A stretch of DNA of 63,859 nucleotides, the filler included, from Chiloscyllium plagiosum (lineage: Eukaryota), in the NCBI RefSeq assembly GCF_004010195.1. It is 3 parts of one record of this genome, joined end to end, with 100 filler letters (N's around TTAATTAATTAA, not from the genome) between each part and the next. Parts side by side here need not be neighbours in the genome. Positions count along the whole stretch, not along the records: positions 60,110 to 63,859 come from NC_057712.1; 2 more parts are not named here. One strand, 5' to 3'. The notes below the pieces were generated by a model, which saw only the letters and a program-made list of their open reading frames with translations, had not been told where the DNA came from and made no database searches. Positions 61,670 to 63,859 of this stretch are shown piece by piece (the stretch's first letter is position 1; each line of letters begins with the position of its first letter). A program made the position numbers and the translations under genes.

Positions 61670-63790
61670 TAACCTCATAGCCCGGCATATCCCCCACTCA
61701 ACTATTACCATCAAGCCAGGGGATCGACCCTGGTTCAATGGAGAGAGCAGGAGGGCATGGCAGGAGCAGCACCAGGCAGACCTGAAGATGAGGTGCCAAC
61801 CTGGTAAAGCCACCAAGCAGCATTACTTGCGTGGCATACAGCATAAGCAGCAAGTGATAGACAGAGCTAAGAGATCAGATCTAAGCTCTGCAATCCTGCT
61901 ACTTCCAGGTGTGAATGGGGGTGGGCAGTTAAACAACTCACTGGAGGGGGCTCCACAAATATCCCCCTCCTCAATGATGGAGGAGCCCAGCACATCAGGC
62001 GAAGGAGAAGGCTGAAACATTCACAGCAATCTGAGTGGATGATCCATCTCAGCCTCCTCCAGTGGTCCCCAGCGTCACAGATAAAGTCATCGAGATGTAC
62101 AGCACAGAAACAGACCCTTCAGTCCTACTTGTCCATGCCAACCAGATATCCAAACCCAATCTTGACACACCTGCCAGCACCCGGCCCATATCCCTCCAAA
62201 CCTTCCTATTCAGATACCCATCCAGATGCCTTTTAAATGTTGCAATTGTACCAGCCTTCACCACATCCTCTGGCAGCACATTCCATACACGTACTACCCC
62301 CTCTTGTGTGAAAATGTTTCCCCTTAGGTCTCTTTTATATCTTTGCTCTCTCACCCTAAACCCATGCCCTCTAGTTCAGGACTTCCCCATCCCAGGGAAA
62401 AGACGGTCTATTTACCCTATCCATGCCCCTCATGGTTTTATAAACCTCGATAAGGTCACCCCTCAGCCTCCGACGCTCCAAGGAAAATAGCCCCAGTCTG
62501 TTCAGCCTCTCCCTGTAGTTCAAACCTTCCAACCCTGGCAACATCCTTGTAAATCTTTCCTGAACCCTTCCAAGTTTCACAACATCTTTCTGATAAGGAG
62601 ACCAGACTTTCACACAAAATTCCAAAAGTGGCTTAACCAGTGTCCTGTACAGCCGCAACATGACCTCCCAACTCCTGTACTCAATACTCTGACCAATAAA
62701 GGAAAGTATACCAAACACCTTCTTCACTATCTTATCTACCTGCAACGCCACTTTCAAGGAACCAGTTTCCAGCCAATTCCCTTCACTCAGTGACATTAAG
62801 AAACGGTTGGAGACACTGGATACTGTAAAGGCAATGGGCCCTGACAACATTCCAGCAATAGGACTGAAGACGTGTGCTCCAGAACTTGCCGCTCCCCGAG
62901 CCAAGCTGTTCCAGTACAGTTACAACACCGACATCTACCCGACAATGTGGGACATTGCCCAGGTGTGTCCTCTGAGGGGAGGGGAGAGGGACAGCCCTTG
63001 ATATGAAGGAGCCCGGGCAAAATTGCAATCAATGGGTATTGGGGGCAAACTCTCTGCTGGTTAGTCATACCTGGCACAGAGGAAGATGGTTGGAGTTGTT
63101 GGAGGGTCAGTCATCTCAGCTCCAGGACACCTCTGCAGGAGTCCCTCAGGGGAGTGTCCTAGGCCCAACCATCTTCAGTTGCTTCATCAACAACCTTCCC
63201 TCCACCACAAGGTCAGACGCGGGGATGTTTACTGATGATTACACAATGTTCAGCACCATTTGCGATTCCTCAGATACTGAAGCAGTCCATGTTCAAATAA
63301 AACAAGATCTAGACAATCTCCAGGCTTGGGCTGATAAGTGGCAAGTAACATTCATGCCACACAGAAGCCAGGCTATGACATTCTCCGCTAAGAGAGAATT
63401 TAACTACAGCCCCTTGACATTCAATGGTGTTGCCATCACTGAATCCCCCACGAGCAACATCCCACAGGTTATCATTGACCAGAAAGTCAACTGAAATCTC
63501 CACATAAACACAGTGGCTCCAAGGGCAGGTCAGAGGCTGGGAATACTGCGGTGAGTAACTCCCCTCCTGACTCCCCAAAGCCTGTCCACCATCGACAAGG
63601 TACAAGTCAGGAGTGGGAGGGAATCTCCCCACTTGCCCGGATGGGGACAGCTCCAACAACACTCAGGAAGCTCAACACCATCCAGGAGAAAGCAGCCACT
63701 TGATTGGCACCACATCCACAAACACTCACTCCCTCCCTCCCCCACTGACGCTCAGTAACAGCAGTGGGTACCATCCCCTCCCTCCCCCAC
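61670..63790 (+). mobile_element. CR1-group LINE of a second family, interrupted by an antisense CR1 3' fragment (62085-62760)
   Basis: KAMGPDNIPAIGLKTCAPELAAP.AKLFQ, AGVPQGSVLGPTIFSCFINNL, MFTDD, WADKWQVTF. Confidence 0.85.
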
Positions 63791-63859
63791 TGACGCTCAG
63801 TAACAGCAGTGTGTACCATCCCCTCCCTCCCCCACCGACGCTCAGTAACAGCAGTGTGT
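63730..63859. repeat. ~45-bp tandem repeat at the LINE 3' region, continuing past the window end
   Basis: ccctccctcccccactgacgctcagtaacagcagtg(g/t)gtaccatc x3. Confidence 0.9.

Overview
Eukaryotic, repeat-rich genomic DNA from a cartilaginous fish, inferred from the HE1-type V-SINEs and their partner CR1 LINEs. Most of the window is nested, decayed retroelements: CR1 LINEs, Penelope-like elements (PLEs) of two types, HE1 SINEs and two Gypsy pol remnants. Host genes are sparse and both on the minus strand: a 52-codon N-terminal exon resembling dynein axonemal heavy chain 8 (3156-3322), and the last two exons plus ~2.4 kb 3' UTR of an unidentified gene (~55400-58913). Between them (33-51 kb) is a decaying tRNA gene cluster built by segmental duplication, with about 11 recognisable copies (Ser x2, Glu, Leu x3, Asn, Lys x2, Ala, probable Arg), only one near-intact. 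Many PLE copies and short palindromic PLE-derived insertions, several with 11-17 bp target-site duplications, carry minimal hammerhead ribozyme cores, sometimes back-to-back on both strands. Nearly all ORFs in the supplied track are retroelement fragments or spurious. All identifications come from reading the sequence and from recalled consensus sequences, not database searches. Boundaries of old repeats are approximate.
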